This document shows, piece after piece, positions 22,317 to 36,391 of a stretch of 64,000 nucleotides of DNA. Every line of letters starts with the position of its first letter. Positions within the stretch are counted from its first letter, which is position 1. The stretch is from Zygnema circumcarinatum SAG 698-1b (Eukaryota; Plantae; Zygnematophyceae). A program made the translations under genes and the position numbers. The notes under the pieces were generated by a model. The model was given only the letters and a program-made list of their open reading frames with translations. It ran no database searches and had not been told where the DNA came from. The stretch is taken from positions 3,754,880 to 3,818,879 of the forward strand of contig CM074810.1 of the NCBI GenBank assembly GCA_037447605.1, in the 5' to 3' direction.

Positions 22317-25300
22317 TCCCCCCCCCCCACCACTTCTATCGTTCGGATGACGGTGTAATTGATGAGATGCGATATTGATGACATTCTTTGTTCTTTGTTT
22401 TGATTATGTTTTTCCTTTTCAGGAGGCCGCAACTGCAGCCCTACACAAATATGGAGTCGGATCTTGCGGGCCACGGGGCTTCTATGGGACTATCGGTGAG
22501 AAAATTGAAATGCTTTCAGAAAGCCATTCTTTGAAATTTCTTTGTTCTCTACCATTCTCACATGTTTCTAACTTTGCATCCTTCATATTTTAACAATTTC
22601 CGAGCACATGTAGCGTCGGTAAGCACGATGATGTCAAAGTTGAACTCATTTTTGCTGTATTCTCCCTCCCTATCGTGCTGAATACACGTGTTATAATCAA
22701 CCCTACCGAGTAAACTATTCACTGAGCAACCCTTAACTGATATCCCAGAAGTGGGTAGTTTACCCTAAGTACAGGCACATGAGGGGGTGCCCCTAGGGTG
22801 AACGCCACAGCGTTACATGTAGACAGTTAAAACAATTAGTATAAGTAGAGTTCTCTATGCATGTTCCATTGGAACAGCGCTGAGTAAGCTTCATTGCATA
22901 ATGTACCAGATGAAAAATTTGGGACCTATTTTGTGTAAGGATGCTGCAGATGTCCATATGGATTTGGAACAGAAAGTAGCAAACTTCATGGGAGTGGAAG
23001 ACTGCATTTTATATTCGTATGGGATGGCAACGGCTTCCAGCACCATCCCTGCGTTCTGCAAATTGGGAGATGTTATTCTTGTGTGAGTGTTTTTAGTGAA
23101 ATGGTTTGAGTTCAGGCGTTGGGGTTTTCATTCTTTGTGTGGAGGTTTTGATGAGGGAAACATAGTTGGGAGAGAGACATGGAGGGAGTTCAGAAGGTGA
23201 GGAAATAAAGGTAGAAAAGAGAGTAAGAAGGGGAGAGAGAGGGGGTAAGGAAGTGGTTGGGAGGGAGGAAAACAGCTAAAGGAAGGTGGGGAGCATAGGA
23301 GACAGAGGAGAGCGACGGAGGGGGGAGGGGGGGTGTGAGTGGAAAGTCAAGGCAGAGGTAAGGGAGGTAAAGGGAGGTACGGTCAAAGAGGGAGAGAAAT
23401 TCGCTGACTTCGAAAGAGAAAGATAGGTGGGATGACAGAGTGAGAGAAGTTTGTATTGTCCATGAAGATGATGAAATTAATAAACTCCCGTCCCCCCTTC
23501 CCCCCTTCTTCCCCCTCCCCTTATCTCTCTTCCCTCTCTCTCCCTCTCTTTCTCTCTCTAACTCTCTCTCTCTCTGTCCCTCTCTCTCTCTCGCTCTCGC
23601 TCTCTCTTTCTGTCTCCCCCTCCCCTCCCCCATCATGGATGCAGAGATGAAGGTGTCAACTGGAGCATTCAGAACGGATTGAAGCTTTCAAAAAGCACAG
23701 TTAAATATTTTCGCCATAATGATATGGAGGACCTTGAATCGAAGCTGATGGCAATCAAAGCGAATGACCGTAAAGTGACTCGCGCACTTACTCGACGTTT
23801 TATTCTCGTGGAGGCCATTTATCAGGTAGCTTCCCTTTCTGAAAGGAAACGCACTAACCCTTTAGTGTTTGACCATTGAAAGCTTTGGAACCGTTATAAG
23901 GCAAACTCCGTTAGACGGTAACGGACGTGCAGTTTAAATGGAGATAGTGACACATAGAACAGCTTGCATCGGAGAAATTCACAGTTAGGATCTATGGTTA
24001 AACAAACAATAACGGATGATGACGGATGAAGATGATTATTTTCATGAAATTATTGAATGACTTCATGATTTGATGATTTCATCAGTTCCATTATTAACGA
24101 TGATGACCTGATTCCGTCTACAGAATTCTGGGCAATTGGCGCCGCTGGACGAACTAGTGCGTCTGAAAGAGAAGTACTTCTTTCGAATTCTGGTTGATGA
24201 AAGTCTCTCCTTTGGAGTACTCGGCAAAACTGGGCGGGGTCTCTCCGAACATTTTGGAATTGAGGTTATTTCTTCCACTTGTAGCAACAACTTTTTCATG
24301 TGCTGAAATTTTATTTTCGTCCTATTTCTTAATAGAACAAAAGGAGCTACCTGTTTTTATCTTTTGTCACTTGCTTTGTAGGAATGATGACGGGGTAAAG
24401 GGGCAGAGAGAGAGAGAGAGAGAGTGTTAGAGAACGCGGAGCGCTGGACTGTGAAAACGCTCCGAAATGATGTTGTTCAGTTGTTTATGTTTGTCTTTAG
24501 TAATTGTTTAAAACCATGTGGGGAATGATTTCAATTTTTTGTATCTTTTACATCACTTTCAGGTAAAGAAATTGGACATTATTGTGGCGAGCATGGGGAA
24601 TGCGCTCGCTTCAGAGGGAGGGTTCTGCTGCGGCGCTGCAGATATGGTCGACCATCAGGTGCTGCATTCCTCCCTCCCTCCTCTTATCTCCCTCTCTTAC
24701 TCTCAAGTATACCTCTGATGTTTCTTGGAAACAGTCAATGTTATTCCATCTAACCTTCTCTCTCTCCTTCCCTCTCTCTCCCTCTCTCTCTCTGTGCTTT
24801 CAGAGGTTGAGCGGTTTGGGATACTGCTTCTCTGCTTCTCAGCCTCCCTTTTTGGCCTCAGCAGCAATTGCAGCCATTGATGAAATGGAACTCCATCCAG
24901 AGCTCAGAAGCACTCTGAACTCAAACATCACCACCTTGCGTGAAGGTAAGTTCTACCATAGTGACGGTAGTGATTTGGGAATTTATTAGATGTCGGAGTT
25001 ATCACCTGAATCATTAGTCTCTGTTGGCCATAGAGGATCTTGTCTTCTTTTCCACCTCTCACTCCTCTCCTCTCTCTCTCTCTCTTGCTCGTCTCTCACT
25101 CTTCTCCTACTCCTTCACTCTTCGCACCCATCTCTTGCTACTCACTCTCTCATTCCATTATTCCTCGCTCGCTCCCTTCCAACCCCTCTTTATTTCCCTC
25201 TCCCCTCACTATTGCTCTTTCACTCATCTCTCGCTCCACTCTCACCCCCCTCTCCCTACACTCTCTCCACTCCCACTCCTTTCAGCTCTTGTCAGTATTC

Positions 25301-25755
25301 CGGGCTTGCGAGTAGGGAGCTCCCCTCTCTCTCCCATTGTGTTCGTCCATCTTGAACAAAGCCGCGGTTCTTACGCGGAGGACTGCCGCGTACTCCAAAA
25401 AATTGTTGACAAAGTGAGCCCTCCTCACGCATTACTCAGTTCTACAGATTTCTGTAACTCCGCCGCTTGCATAGAAGCATATGCCTCTGTCATTCCTATC
25501 TCATTCCCCCACACCTCCCTCCCTCCCTCCCTCCTCTTTTTCTTATTCCTGCCCTTTTTCTTCCCTACTTTGTTTACTTTCCTCGGGCAGCTCCTCGAAA
25601 AAGGTGTGTTCACAACTGTGATGAAGAGGTCACCTTTGGACCCTTGTCGGCTGCCCGCCGCCATCCGATTGGCCGTTTCTGCAGGGCACAAGGCAGAGGA
25701 GCTCCTTTCAGCAGCCCATTCGCTGCGTAAAGTCTCAAAGGCTGTGCTTTTGTAG
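21194..25755 (+). CDS. LCB1: Serine palmitoyltransferase subunit 1 (long-chain base biosynthesis protein 1)
   Basis: 12 exons: 21194-21299, 21441-21532, 21738-21832, 22080-22173, 22423-22495, 22950-23082, 23645-23825, 24124-24264, 24563-24658, 24804-24945, 25286-25413, 25591-25755. Motifs [44 protein letters not shown] and [22 protein letters not shown] lacks the PLP lysine, as expected for LCB1. Confidence 0.95.
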
Positions 25756-27275
25756 CTTGCTTCTCTCTCACTCTCTGTCCCTCTCTCTCTTTCTCGTTCT
25801 CCTTCTCTTCTCTCTCTCTCCCTCTACCTGTCCTCTCTCTCCCTAAAGCAGCTCGCTCATTGTGTCTCTGCCTCGCTCCCCTATGGTTTCTCTATCTTGT
25901 CCCAGTTGCTGTTCTCTCGTCAAAGCAACTCTTTCAATCTCTCTCCCCCTTCATGAGTTTAGCTTCCCCTCTCTCCCTGCTCTCTTGATCACCAGAGCCC
26001 CCGCCCTCTCTCTCTCTCTCTCCCTCTCGTCTTTTTCATGTAAATGTGATGTTGTCTTCGCTATTAACTATTTTTTCTTTTTCTCGCTGCTGGTCAAACT
26101 AGCCTTGATCAGCATAGACATTGTGGCCTGCATATGGGAGTCCAGGGAGCAGTTATATGTGACGCATTTTCTATGTTGCAATCGTAGTTCCAAACTTACC
26201 GTGAAGCTAACTTCCTGAAACATTCAAATGAAGGATTATCTCCTTTGTCTCAGTACTGAAATCTATTCATAGACAGAATATATTTACTGAATCGAATTCA
26301 ATTTGTTTGCTAGTGAAGAAGTGATCTATCCTTTTCTTGTTAGATGGCAAATTGAATATTTCAACAATGAAATCCTAGATCTGACAAATCCAATTTTTGA
26401 ATCGTAAGCCGAAATATGTGGGAATCCGTGAGTGAAAATACTCAAACAGTTCCAAAAAGCAAGTGTGAAAAAAGTCCAAGATGCTCAACCTCCTTAGTTC
26501 AGAACTCAGAACTTTGAAGGTCATGTCCAACCTGAATGAATTAGATTGAGCCCAAAATTTTGCCAATCTTAATTTTTTGTCTCTAATAATAGGAAGCTGG
26601 CTAAAAAAATGTCTTCTGTCGCAAAACACAATCAAAAGTGAGTCTATAAAATGGTGCAAAACGGAGCACTTATATTGCGCACTAATCTAACACAGCGAGG
26701 AAAAATAAATCCAAAATTCGCCTTTGAGGCAAAACAATGAAGGTGGCCACAAGCACAAGTAATGGCATACAGCCTAAAAAATAGTCACACAAAAAAAAAT
26801 AAACTAAAGGGAAAAAAGAAACGAAACTAAACAATGAATGGCAATGTCATGTTTAATCAGTGACCACAAATTATTTATAACTACTCCTTTCACCTGACAG
26901 AGTAAGCGAATTGGCATTGAACTTCCTTGCAGAAATTTTGAGCATCGAGTATCGACCACGCAACCTAGGCTGTGAAAACAGCTGCATCCAACTTTCAAAA
27001 AATTTAGAGGCTGAACACTGAACCCTGCCCCGCCGGTTTCCTCCCGCAGGGTTAAGCCAATTAGGGTTTCCGTGCTCGCTTTGCTGCTGGCAAAGGCGCG
27101 CTTTGCGCCGCACCGCCCCTTAGCCGTCCGGAGGGAGAAGAGCGGGAGGAGGGAGTGGGAGAGGGAGTGGGAGAGGGAGAGGGAGAGGGAGGGAGAGGGA
27201 GAGGGAGAGGGAGAGGGAGAGGGAGAGGGAGGGAGGGAGAGGTGAGAGGGAGAGGCAGAGTGGGAGGAAGCCGAC

Positions 27276-29894
27276 ATGGCTGCAATGGCTCTTGCTTCGC
27301 CGCCAGCCGCCACGTGGCGGCAGGCTATGTCGGACGTTCAGGACGCACGGACCTCCTCGCTAACAGCGCTCAGAGGAGGGGAGGGGGAGAGTAGGGTCGG
27401 GAGAAGGAGCGTTAGCAGGAGTAGGAGGGAGAGGGAGAGGGAGGGAAGGAGAGAGGGAGGGAGGGATAGACGGAGAGCGAGTGCGGGAGCTGTAAGGGCT
27501 GCGGTAATGCAAGCGACGCCGTTGCCGCTGACAGAGAACAGGTGCGAAGGTAGTTAGGGTTAAGATGTGGCTTTATTGAGGGAATGAAGAGGAAATGAGA
27601 GGAGAGAGTGGGAGGGGAAGAGGGAGGGAGGGAGGGAGCGAGCAAGGGAGGCAATTGCAAGTGAAAAAGAGGGAGAAAGTTGGAGAAGGGAACAAGAGAG
27701 AGGTAGACAAAAAATGAGGTCGAGGGAAGTGAGAGGGAAACAGGTCTGTAGATTGGGGAGCGATCAGAAACGTTGCAAGACCTGAATTTTGTGTCTTTTT
27801 ATGTCAAAATTTAACTTTTGGCGGCTTGACGACTAGGGTTTTCCTTATATATTTCCTTACAAAGAGTATCAGCGTAAGTGTGTTCTGAATTTTTAAAGTT
27901 TTTTCTTTCCCCTACCCATTCCCTGTCTGTTTGTCTTCCTTCGCCTTCTTCTCTCCCTTTACTCTCTCCCTTTCTCTCCCTCTCTCTCTATCTCTCCCCT
28001 TTCTTATCTCTCCTTTCCTCTCTCCCCCTCTCTATCTCTCCCCTCTCTCTTCTCTCTCCCCTCTCTCTTCTCTCTCCCTTCCGTGTCTCGCTTTTTCACC
28101 CCTGTGCCTGTTCTTTTTCCTCCGTCATCCCTTTCATGTCCCGCTCTCGTTTTTCTTTCTCTTCTCGCTCCCGCTCTCTCCCATTGCAATAAACTTAACA
28201 CCCTCCTCTTTTCTATATTATTCCTTGTCATCACTTTCTCCTGCCTTCCCTAGCTCTTCCCTCTCCTCGTTTCCACGCTCAACTAAATCCTATACCCCTT
28301 CTTTCCTCCTTCAATATCCTCCCTCCCCTTGGCTCCACTGACACCTCTCCTTCATCCGCTCTCTTTTTCCCCTCCTCTCTCCCTAGCGCCCATCCCTCCC
28401 TCCAATTCTCTCTCTCTCTCCCCTCGCCCTCGCTCTTTCTACACCCCGTTGAATATATGGCCCCACTCCGTCCCTCCTTCTCTCCATCCATCGTCTCCCC
28501 CTCCCCTCCCCCCTCCCCCATCTAAACTTACTCTCTCCCTCCGTCCTCCCTTCCTGCCACCCTCAGCTCTCCCGTCGAAGAGATTAAGCAGCTTCGCCTC
28601 ATCACCGCACTCAAGACCCCCTACCTCCCTGACGGCCGCTTTGACCTCGAAGCCTACGATTCCTTAGTGCAGCGCCAAGCGGAGAGTGGAGTGGAGGGGG
28701 TCATAGTGGGAGGCACCACGGGAGAGGGCCATCTCATGGGGTGGGATGAGCACATCATGTTAATCGCTCACACCGTAAATTGCTTTGGAGATAGATTGAA
28801 GGTTATTGGAAACACAGGTAGTAATTCCACAAGGGAGGCGATCCACGCAACGGAACAAGGGTTTGCTGTGGGAATGCACGCGGCTTTGCAGATAAACCCG
28901 TATTACGGCAAGACGTCCATGGACGGGCTGACAGCTCATTTCAGGTGAGAGGGGGGGGGGGGGGGGCGGGTGTGAGGTTAGGGTTATGGTGAGTAGCTGA
29001 TTTTTGAAGCTTTACGTAGCGGGATGACGCAGTTATTCAACCGACGCTAAGGAAGATTTCTTCAACAAGGAAACCGAAGCTTCAACTTTAGAAACGTGAT
29101 TTATTTTTTTACATGTTTTAGGATTTTGTGTGACATTTGTCACATCATTTCATCTGGCGGCATGCATGTACGTATGCTGTTCCTTCATATGCGTGTGTTT
29201 GTTTGTTCAGGTCAGTGATGAATCTCGGCCCAACGATTATTTACAATGTGCCGTCAAGAACAGGTCAAGACATTTCGCCTCGGGTGATTGAGTCGTTGGC
29301 CTCGAGTCCGAACTTTGCGGGGGTGAAGGAATGTTTTGGAAATGAGAGAGTGAGTGTGTACACGGAGAAGGGGATTGCAATATGGTCAGGGAATGATGAC
29401 CAATGTCATGATGCACGGTGGGATCACGAAGCGAAGGGAGTCATCTCCGTCATGAGTAATCTCGTTCCTGGTGAGTTCAATCAGATTTCCCCTTTCTCTC
29501 TCGCCCCTCTCGTTTCCCCTCACTCTCCCTCTTGACTCCCTCTTTGAGTCCCTTTCTCACTCTATCCCCCCCCCCCCCTTCCACCTCCCTTCTCTTACTT
29601 GCAGGGTTGGCAAGAAAGCTCATGTTTGAAGGGCGCAACACGGAGCTTAATGCGAAGTTAATGCCTCTCATAAATTGGCTTTTTGTGGAGCCGAACCCCA
29701 TTGGTCTCAACACAGCTCTCTCAATGCTGGGCCTCATCCGCCCTGTGTTCCGCCTTCCCTATGTTCCACTGCCCCTCGATAAGAGGAGGGAGTTTATTCG
29801 CATAGTGGAAGATATTGGGGTCGAGCATTTTACGGGTTGTGAGAATTTGAGGTTGTTGGAGGACGATGATTTCTCATTAGTGGCGAGATACTGA
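27276..29894 (+). CDS. DHDPS: 4-hydroxy-tetrahydrodipicolinate synthase (DHDPS/DapA), plastid-targeted
   Basis: Exons 27276-27541 (transit-peptide-like), 28567-28944, 29211-29470, 29605-29894. Motifs [69 protein letters not shown] and EPNPIGLNT. Confidence 0.96.
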
Positions 29895-30638
29895 AAGTGG
29901 GGGGCAGGGGGGGTTGGGAGGGGGGTGAGGGGGAAGACAGAGAGAGCAGTGTGGGTTCGGGTCGGTCTTTTTTTTTTAGCTCCATCGGCTTTGCAAACGG
30001 GGTGGGGTGTTTATATGTATTGAAACGGAGCAATAAAATGTACGGTGCCATGTTGCGGGCTTTTGTGGAACATGGTTGCAGCGAACATGTTGTGTGTAGG
30101 AGAGGAGGATGGAGATTTACAGCCAAGGGAGGGTGGAGAGAGAGGGGTTGGGCAGAGAGAGGAGAGACGGAGAGCGAGAGGGAGTGGGGAAATGGGGAGG
30201 TGTGAGTGATCCGGGGAGAGGTTTGGCAGTTCATATCAGAAAAAATAGAAAAGGAAGAGTTTGCATATGCAGGGAGTTCAGCAAAAGGTAAATGGACACA
30301 TTCATGAAGTAAAATCATTGTACAGCTACATATTTAGAGAGTTGTAGCTTAATAAAGTTGCAGTGCATCGAGGAAACCTCTGTAAAGTTGCAAGTATATT
30401 AAGTCATATCGCCATAAAGTCAAATGGACAAAAAGTATAAGTCTTCAAGGGAGTGAAAACAAATGAAAGTGAATGCCCTTTCCGAACCATTCGATCTAAG
30501 GCGAAAAACTTCACATTCACTCCCGTTCCCTCCACTCCTCCCTCTCCCTATCTCCCACCCATCCCATTCTCTCCCGTCCATCCCTCTCACGGGCCAACAG
30601 CATCACTGCATGAATCTGGCCGCAACGCGCGGCTAGGT

Positions 30639-33471
30639 TCAGACGTCATCCACGTCGCTATCATCATCTCCAAAAATGCGAGCCATCTGCATGGCGAGCC
30701 GGGCGGCCATCTCCCTTCTCGTCCCATCCGGCATGCCCTTCATGTTCATCTGTACAGCCGCCATCTCATTCATGATGCGCTCCAACTCATCATACTGGGA
30801 GTCCCTTGACCCATCATGATGGTCTTCTGCCACTCCCATAGCTTTATCCCCATCCTTCTCTACTACCTCACCCCCATGTCTCTCCCTCTCTATCTCCCTC
30901 TCCATCGATCCTTCCCCATCGTCCTCTCTGGGTGGCTCTACTTCTACCTTTGTCTGTTCCTGTCGGCCTTCCTCTCCCACACTCTCTCTCTCCCCCTCAC
31001 TCCTCTCATCCCTCTCTTTCTCCCTCTCTGAAGTTAGAGGCGCTTTCAATGACTCCCCTGTAGCTCCATCAAGCACGACAGAAGGAGGTTCAGACAGAGG
31101 AGTAAGATTACTGTGCTCATTCTCTGGAGTTCCATGCGGTTCAGTTCTGCTCCGTTCCGTTTCGTTAGACTCAACTGTAACCGAACTGCCTCCTGCATCC
31201 GACGATATCCTTAAACTATCTGCTTCCGAAGGAGAAGTCTCTGGAAGGCTGTTACTATGTGGAGAGGACACATCCATTCCTTCGAATATTTCGTCCGGAA
31301 TGTCCTCGTCAACCAATAGTTCGTATTCAAGTTCACATGGAACGTCGCCTTCTTCACTTGAAGATTCGTCGTCATCTGGGGTTCAGCCAATCATAAAAAA
31401 TCCATCAATTCATCATTAAACGTCTCAGGGTAATAGGCGCATTTTAGGGAAATCACTCTCTCTTTTCGGGTTCACCTTGAACGCGTTTGACTTTCATGGC
31501 TTTTCAAATTAGGGTTTCCGTTTACGTCCTCCAAGGAGAGTTTTGGAGAGTTAACAGAGAAGAAAGGCAAAATACGTACCAGAACGACAAATACACAATA
31601 AAAAAAAGAATCAATTCTAAATAAACACAGACATATTTATCGGCTCTCACCTGCCATCTCCATCGGGGGGTGGTGCAGCCCTTCATTGAAATCTGAGCCC
31701 TTCATTTTAAGTCCGGGCCATACGTGAGCAGAGAGAGCTCCCTTTATCCGAGCAACTCCCTGCTGGTCTCCCTCCTGACCAATCACTGAGCAGCAAACAA
31801 GTGCGTAAACATAAAGATAAACATGAACATAAGCATAAAGCATAAAATCTTGTCATTCGTTAAGGATTTCTACACGTTACGAGAGTAACCTTCTTTCTCC
31901 CTCTCCCTTGCTGGAGAGAGAGTGAGTGTAGGGAGAGTGCGGGGTGAGTGTAGGCCATTCTAAAGGGTTTATCCTATATCCCAACCCGTCTCCGTCTCCC
32001 TCCCTCTCTCACCCCCTCCCTCACTCCCTCTCCCTCACTCCTCCCCTCCTCCCTTCCCTCCCTCTGTATCCTCCTCTCTCTCTCTCTCTACTGCTCTCGT
32101 CCCCCTCCGCCTTCCCCCCTCCTCACTCCCCTCTCTCCTTACCCTCTCCCTTCTCTCTCCCGATACTTCACGCTTTCTTTTTCTCTCCTCTCCCAAGGTT
32201 AACCCAAAGGAAACCCTAAATACTGACCTTTATCAAATGTTGAATTAGTAGCGCACGCTTCAATATACTCCACCCCATTATCCAAACACCACTCCAAATA
32301 AATCTGCCTCTGTTTTTCATACTCCCTCGGCCCTGAACCCTCCTCCCCTCCCCTTTCCCTCTCCCTCTCCTCTCCCTCCTCTTTTTTTTCTCCCTCCTCT
32401 CCCTCCTCCGCCTCCTCTCCCTCCTCTCCCTCCGCCTCCCCTCCCAGCAGCGCTGAGCCCTCCCCTCTCTGAACCCCAAACTCCGCCGAGTCCCCTAACC
32501 CTAAAATTCCCTCTCCCCTGTTTAATAGGAGCCGCCGGTACGTTCTATGTGCGGAATGATCCGGCAGTTTATCGGACTTATTTCCGACACAGAGAAGGAT
32601 CTCAAATTCGCTCAAATCTCTCTCGGCCGCCCACAGCTTCAGAGCCTCAAACGACGCCACCTGGCAGAGCCACAGCCTGCCACGTGTCAGTGTAGGGTCA
32701 AGCGCGTTCCATGAAATTAGGGTTTTCGGAGCACTAAGGGTTCAGGAGCTTTCAGCTAGTTAGGGTTTTCAATAGATTACGTTTTTTTTTCGGAGTTCGA
32801 AGTTTTCAAGAAAGAATGAGCTTTTTCTGCGGTGTTAAAGTTTTCTAGAAATCAGGTTTTTTCGAGATTTTCGTGTTGTCAGGGAATTCAGGATTTTTGG
32901 ATATTAAGTTTTTTCAAGAAAATTAGGGTTTCTCACATTTGAGAGATCGAACACCATCACGAGCGCTTCATGCCTCCTCCGTTCCATGTGGTCCAACCAA
33001 ATAGTTACGTCTGCCGTATAATACTTCGTATCAATGGTCCAACTGCCAAATCAGTTCACATAGAAACGCCCAAAAACACATCCACCTTAATTCACATCTT
33101 ATGAAAGGGAAAAGGAAATAGAATGAATTAGGTGAAGAGGGTCAACCCTAAAAACCCCAACAGTCTGATGACTCTAAAACCTCTTACATAAGCTAAATAT
33201 TTGAAGCCTCGAAACCTTAACACACCTTAACACCTTCAAGTAAAGTTCATAGAAACCCTCAAAACCCTAAATGCACAAGAGGTAGATTCTGAAACCATCA
33301 AATATTCAAAACTCTTAAGCTTTTCTTTGAGCTTCCAGAACCCTAAAATTGGACCTTATCGAAAGTGAGAGAGGAGAGCACCTGTACCACAAAGCGTCAG
33401 ACTCCACCACAGTCTCCGCGTCAGAAGAGGAAAGCAGCCCTGCAGGAAGCAGCACAATGTCAGACAATCTC

Positions 33472-33551
<80 letters not shown>

Positions 33552-34288
33552 CCCTCTCTCTCTCCATTTTTCTCTCTCTCTCTCTCGTCACGCTCTCTTC
33601 TCTCTCTGTGTCTCACTTACGCGCTCTCCCTTTCTCTCTCTTTCCCTTTCGCTCTCTCTCTCCCTCCTCACTCTCACACTCTTCCCCCATCCGGCCACCC
33701 TTCCATTACCCCCACCTCTCTTTCCCCCCCCCTTCCCGCCACTCCTCCCTCCCTCACTCTCTCCCTCTCTCTCTACAAGCCCCGCCTCCCTCTCCCCCCC
33801 TCTCTGTCCCTCCATCTCCATTCCCCCCCCTCTCGTCCCTCTCTTTTCCTCCTCTCTTCCCAATCTCTCTCCCCTCTTTCTTTTCTCTCTATCGCTCCCA
33901 CTTGCGCCCTTCTCTCTCTCTCTCTCTCACACACTCTCTCTCTCACTCTCTCCCTCTCTCCCCCCCCCTTTTTCTCCCTTCCTCCATCCCAACCTCAACC
34001 ACACCGATCGTCTCTCCCTTCACATTCGCCCAACTCAATCTTCATACATACACCATCATCACATCACATACATGCAGACATGCATAAGCACATATGAATG
34101 CATACATATACATAAATTTAAATCTAAATTCTTTTGGCAACACAGAAAAACTCAAACCCAAAGATTCTCCGAACCGCCTCACTCGCCACAAGCGTCCTTT
34201 TGCCGACACGTGGCGGCCCCGCCACGAGGATGCTCGGCCCTCGTGGACCTTCTGAACCCTCCTCCGAGCTGTGCATGCGCGCTCCCAT
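30639..34288 (-). CDS. AAGAB: Alpha/gamma-adaptin-binding protein p34 (AAGAB family)
   Basis: Exons 34288-34183, 33439-33382, 33042-32937, 32660-32228, 31785-31651, 31375-30639. Motifs ILVAGPPRVGKRTLV, WTIDTKYYTADV, ALVMVFDLS, LLCVGNKSD, YIEACA, ALSAHVWPGL and RREMAARLAMQM. Confidence 0.88.
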
Positions 34289-34306
34289 GGCTGGGGCCTA
34301 AAGCCT

Positions 34307-34555
34307 AGGGTTTAAGGTTTAGGGTTTAAGCTTTGGGGGTTGGTGTTTAGGGTCAGGGTTGTAAGGGTTTACGGTTTAGCAGTTAGGTTTAGGGTTTAGG
34401 GTTCAGGGTTTAGGATTTAGGGTTTACGGTTTAGCAGGTAGGTTTAGGCTTTAAGGTTCAGGGTTTAGGGTTTAGGGTTTAGGGTTCAGGATTGAGGTTT
34501 AGAGTTTAGGAACTAAGAGGTCGAGGTATAGATCGTAGGGTTTAGGGTTTTGGGT
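34307..34555 (+). repeat. Interstitial TTTAGGG/TTCAGGG array immediately upstream of the AAGAB start codon (telo-box orientation on the AAGAB sense strand)
   Basis: Runs such as GGTTTAGGGTTTAGGGTTCAGGGTTTAGGATTTAGGG begin about 20 bp from the ATG at 34288. Confidence 0.85.
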
Positions 34556-35038
34556 TCTGGGCAAACGGAGGGTTTTGAATGGTTTTAGAAATTGCAATGT
34601 GCAGATTGAATTTTTTTGGGGTTCTGAGGGTTCAGGGCCTTGAGAGCTTCAGGTTTGGAAGTTTGTCGTTTGTGGGCTCCAGGTTTTCAGGTATTCAAAG
34701 AATTTAAAAAAAAAAATGTGAGAATCTGCATATGTCGAAAGAAGATGGGAGGATTGGATTATTTTTGAATTTTCCACATTGATTTTTTTTTTTTAAATAT
34801 TTTTTTTTGACCTTTTGACAGTTGTGAGAGGTTTCAGGTGGTTGCTTTTGGCTGTACGGTTTTCTATTTAGTACTATTTGGCATGACGATATATCGTATG
34901 GATATCGGTTTCTCCAAAACGAAACGCAGTAACCATCGGTAACTGAAAATTACGTCATTTGTAAGAAAATAGCAACTGAAAAGTACGGTTTCAGTAACAA
35001 CAACAGCAACCGATTGTGTACGATGTACCTTTTGGTTT

Positions 35039-35238
35039 GGAGAATGATATAGGCTCCCCCCTTTTTGGATATCATCGCCCCCTTTTCGGGAAAATTCGTA
35101 CTTTCATTTTCTCCCCTCCTTTCCCCCCCCNNNNNNNNNNCCCCCCCCCCCCCCCCCCCTTTGTTTTTTTTTTTTTTTCCTCTCACACATCAACGCAATG
35201 TCCGCAAACACATTCGCAGAGAGAGAGCAAAGCATAGC

Positions 35239-35269
<31 letters not shown>

Positions 35270-35945
35270 GAGAGAAGCAAAGCAAAGCAAGCCAGCCATT
35301 ACATCATCATAGAGCTTCACATCAACAAACGAACATAATGCATTTCAATGGAAACAGAGGGTAAACAGAGAATAAAAAGTTCTTGAATAAAGAAAAACTT
35401 AACAAAGCGTCTGCACATTTGGAGCCTATAGTACAAAGTACAAATCTACAACACCGAGCAAGCCTGCCAAAACATTCCTCAAAAGGAGGGAGGGGAGGGG
35501 AGAGGGGAGGGGAGAGGAGGGAAAGAGGGGAGAGGAAGGAAAGAGGGAGGGAGGAAGGGAGGAGAGAGAAGCTTGCAAGAGAGCGCATATTTTAAATATA
35601 AGAGAAATTGCCCAAATCGCTTTGAACTCGGCAACCCATCCTTTGGACTTGATGTTAAGCCATAGAACAATCTATGATTAAGGAAAAGCATTGCTTGTCT
35701 TTTAATTAGTGCAAGTTCTTAAGTTGTGGCCTGGTTGCTTGCAATTGGAACATTTGTTACCTTCAACATACTCAAAATGGCTCTTGTCCCGGGAGGGAGG
35801 GGAGGCCAGGGGCGGAAAGGGGCGAGGATATCTCCTCCCGAAATATCCAAAGCAGGGGGAGAGGATAGCCAAAATGAAAGTACGAATTTTCCCGGAAAGG
35901 GGGCAAGGATATCGAAAAGGGGGGGGGGAGACTGTATCATTCCCC
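35039..35945. mobile_element. Internally deleted TIR element retaining a CCHC zinc-knuckle coding fragment (possible MULE derivative)
   Basis: About 75-bp inverted ends (GGAGAATGATA...GGATATC...GGGAAAATTCGTACTTTCATTTT versus AAAATGAAAGTACGAATTTTCCC...GATATC...TATCATTCCCC). The minus strand at 35752-35711 encodes CSNCKQPGHNLRTC. No target duplication found; contains an assembly gap. Confidence 0.5.
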
Positions 35946-36391
35946 GGACTGTTCTCAGTTATTGTACGATACCGTACAATTAAGTACAGCATTGTACTAC
36001 TACCGTACAGAAAAATAGAAACAGAAACAAGAATCGATAAATTCGAAACATAAACATGAAAGTACAGTACGGTCTTTCTGGACCCGTACACATTTTTGGC
36101 CTCTTGTTCTCCTATAAAGTACTGCCCTGCCCCCTTCCCTCCAGCAGGCCCCTTAGCATTTCGGAGCTTCTCCGCCGCCATGGCTGCCTGCTCGCTGCAC
36201 CGAAGCCTCCTCGCTCACAGGCTCTCCGCCTTCTACTTCCCTAACCCTGCTTCTCCCTCTTCATCCACCCTTCCCGGTGGGGTTTGAGGGTTTTGAATTT
36301 GCTTGTTTTTCAAGTTTTCAGCCATGGCGGCTGGAGAGGGAAGGAGGGCCCTTGGAAGAAAGCAGTTTTCCTGAACACAGAGGGATCTGCA

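Noticed and set aside
24005-24115. Possible C/D snoRNA (ATGATGA...CTGA) in an LCB1 intron
   Set aside because: The terminal stem is weak and non-canonical, box D nearly abuts the 3' splice site, no guide is recognisable, and the region is simply ATG/TGA-rich.
26375-26700. 94-aa minus-strand ORF as a possible retroelement remnant
   Set aside because: No RT, integrase or gag motifs; AT-rich intergenic sequence.
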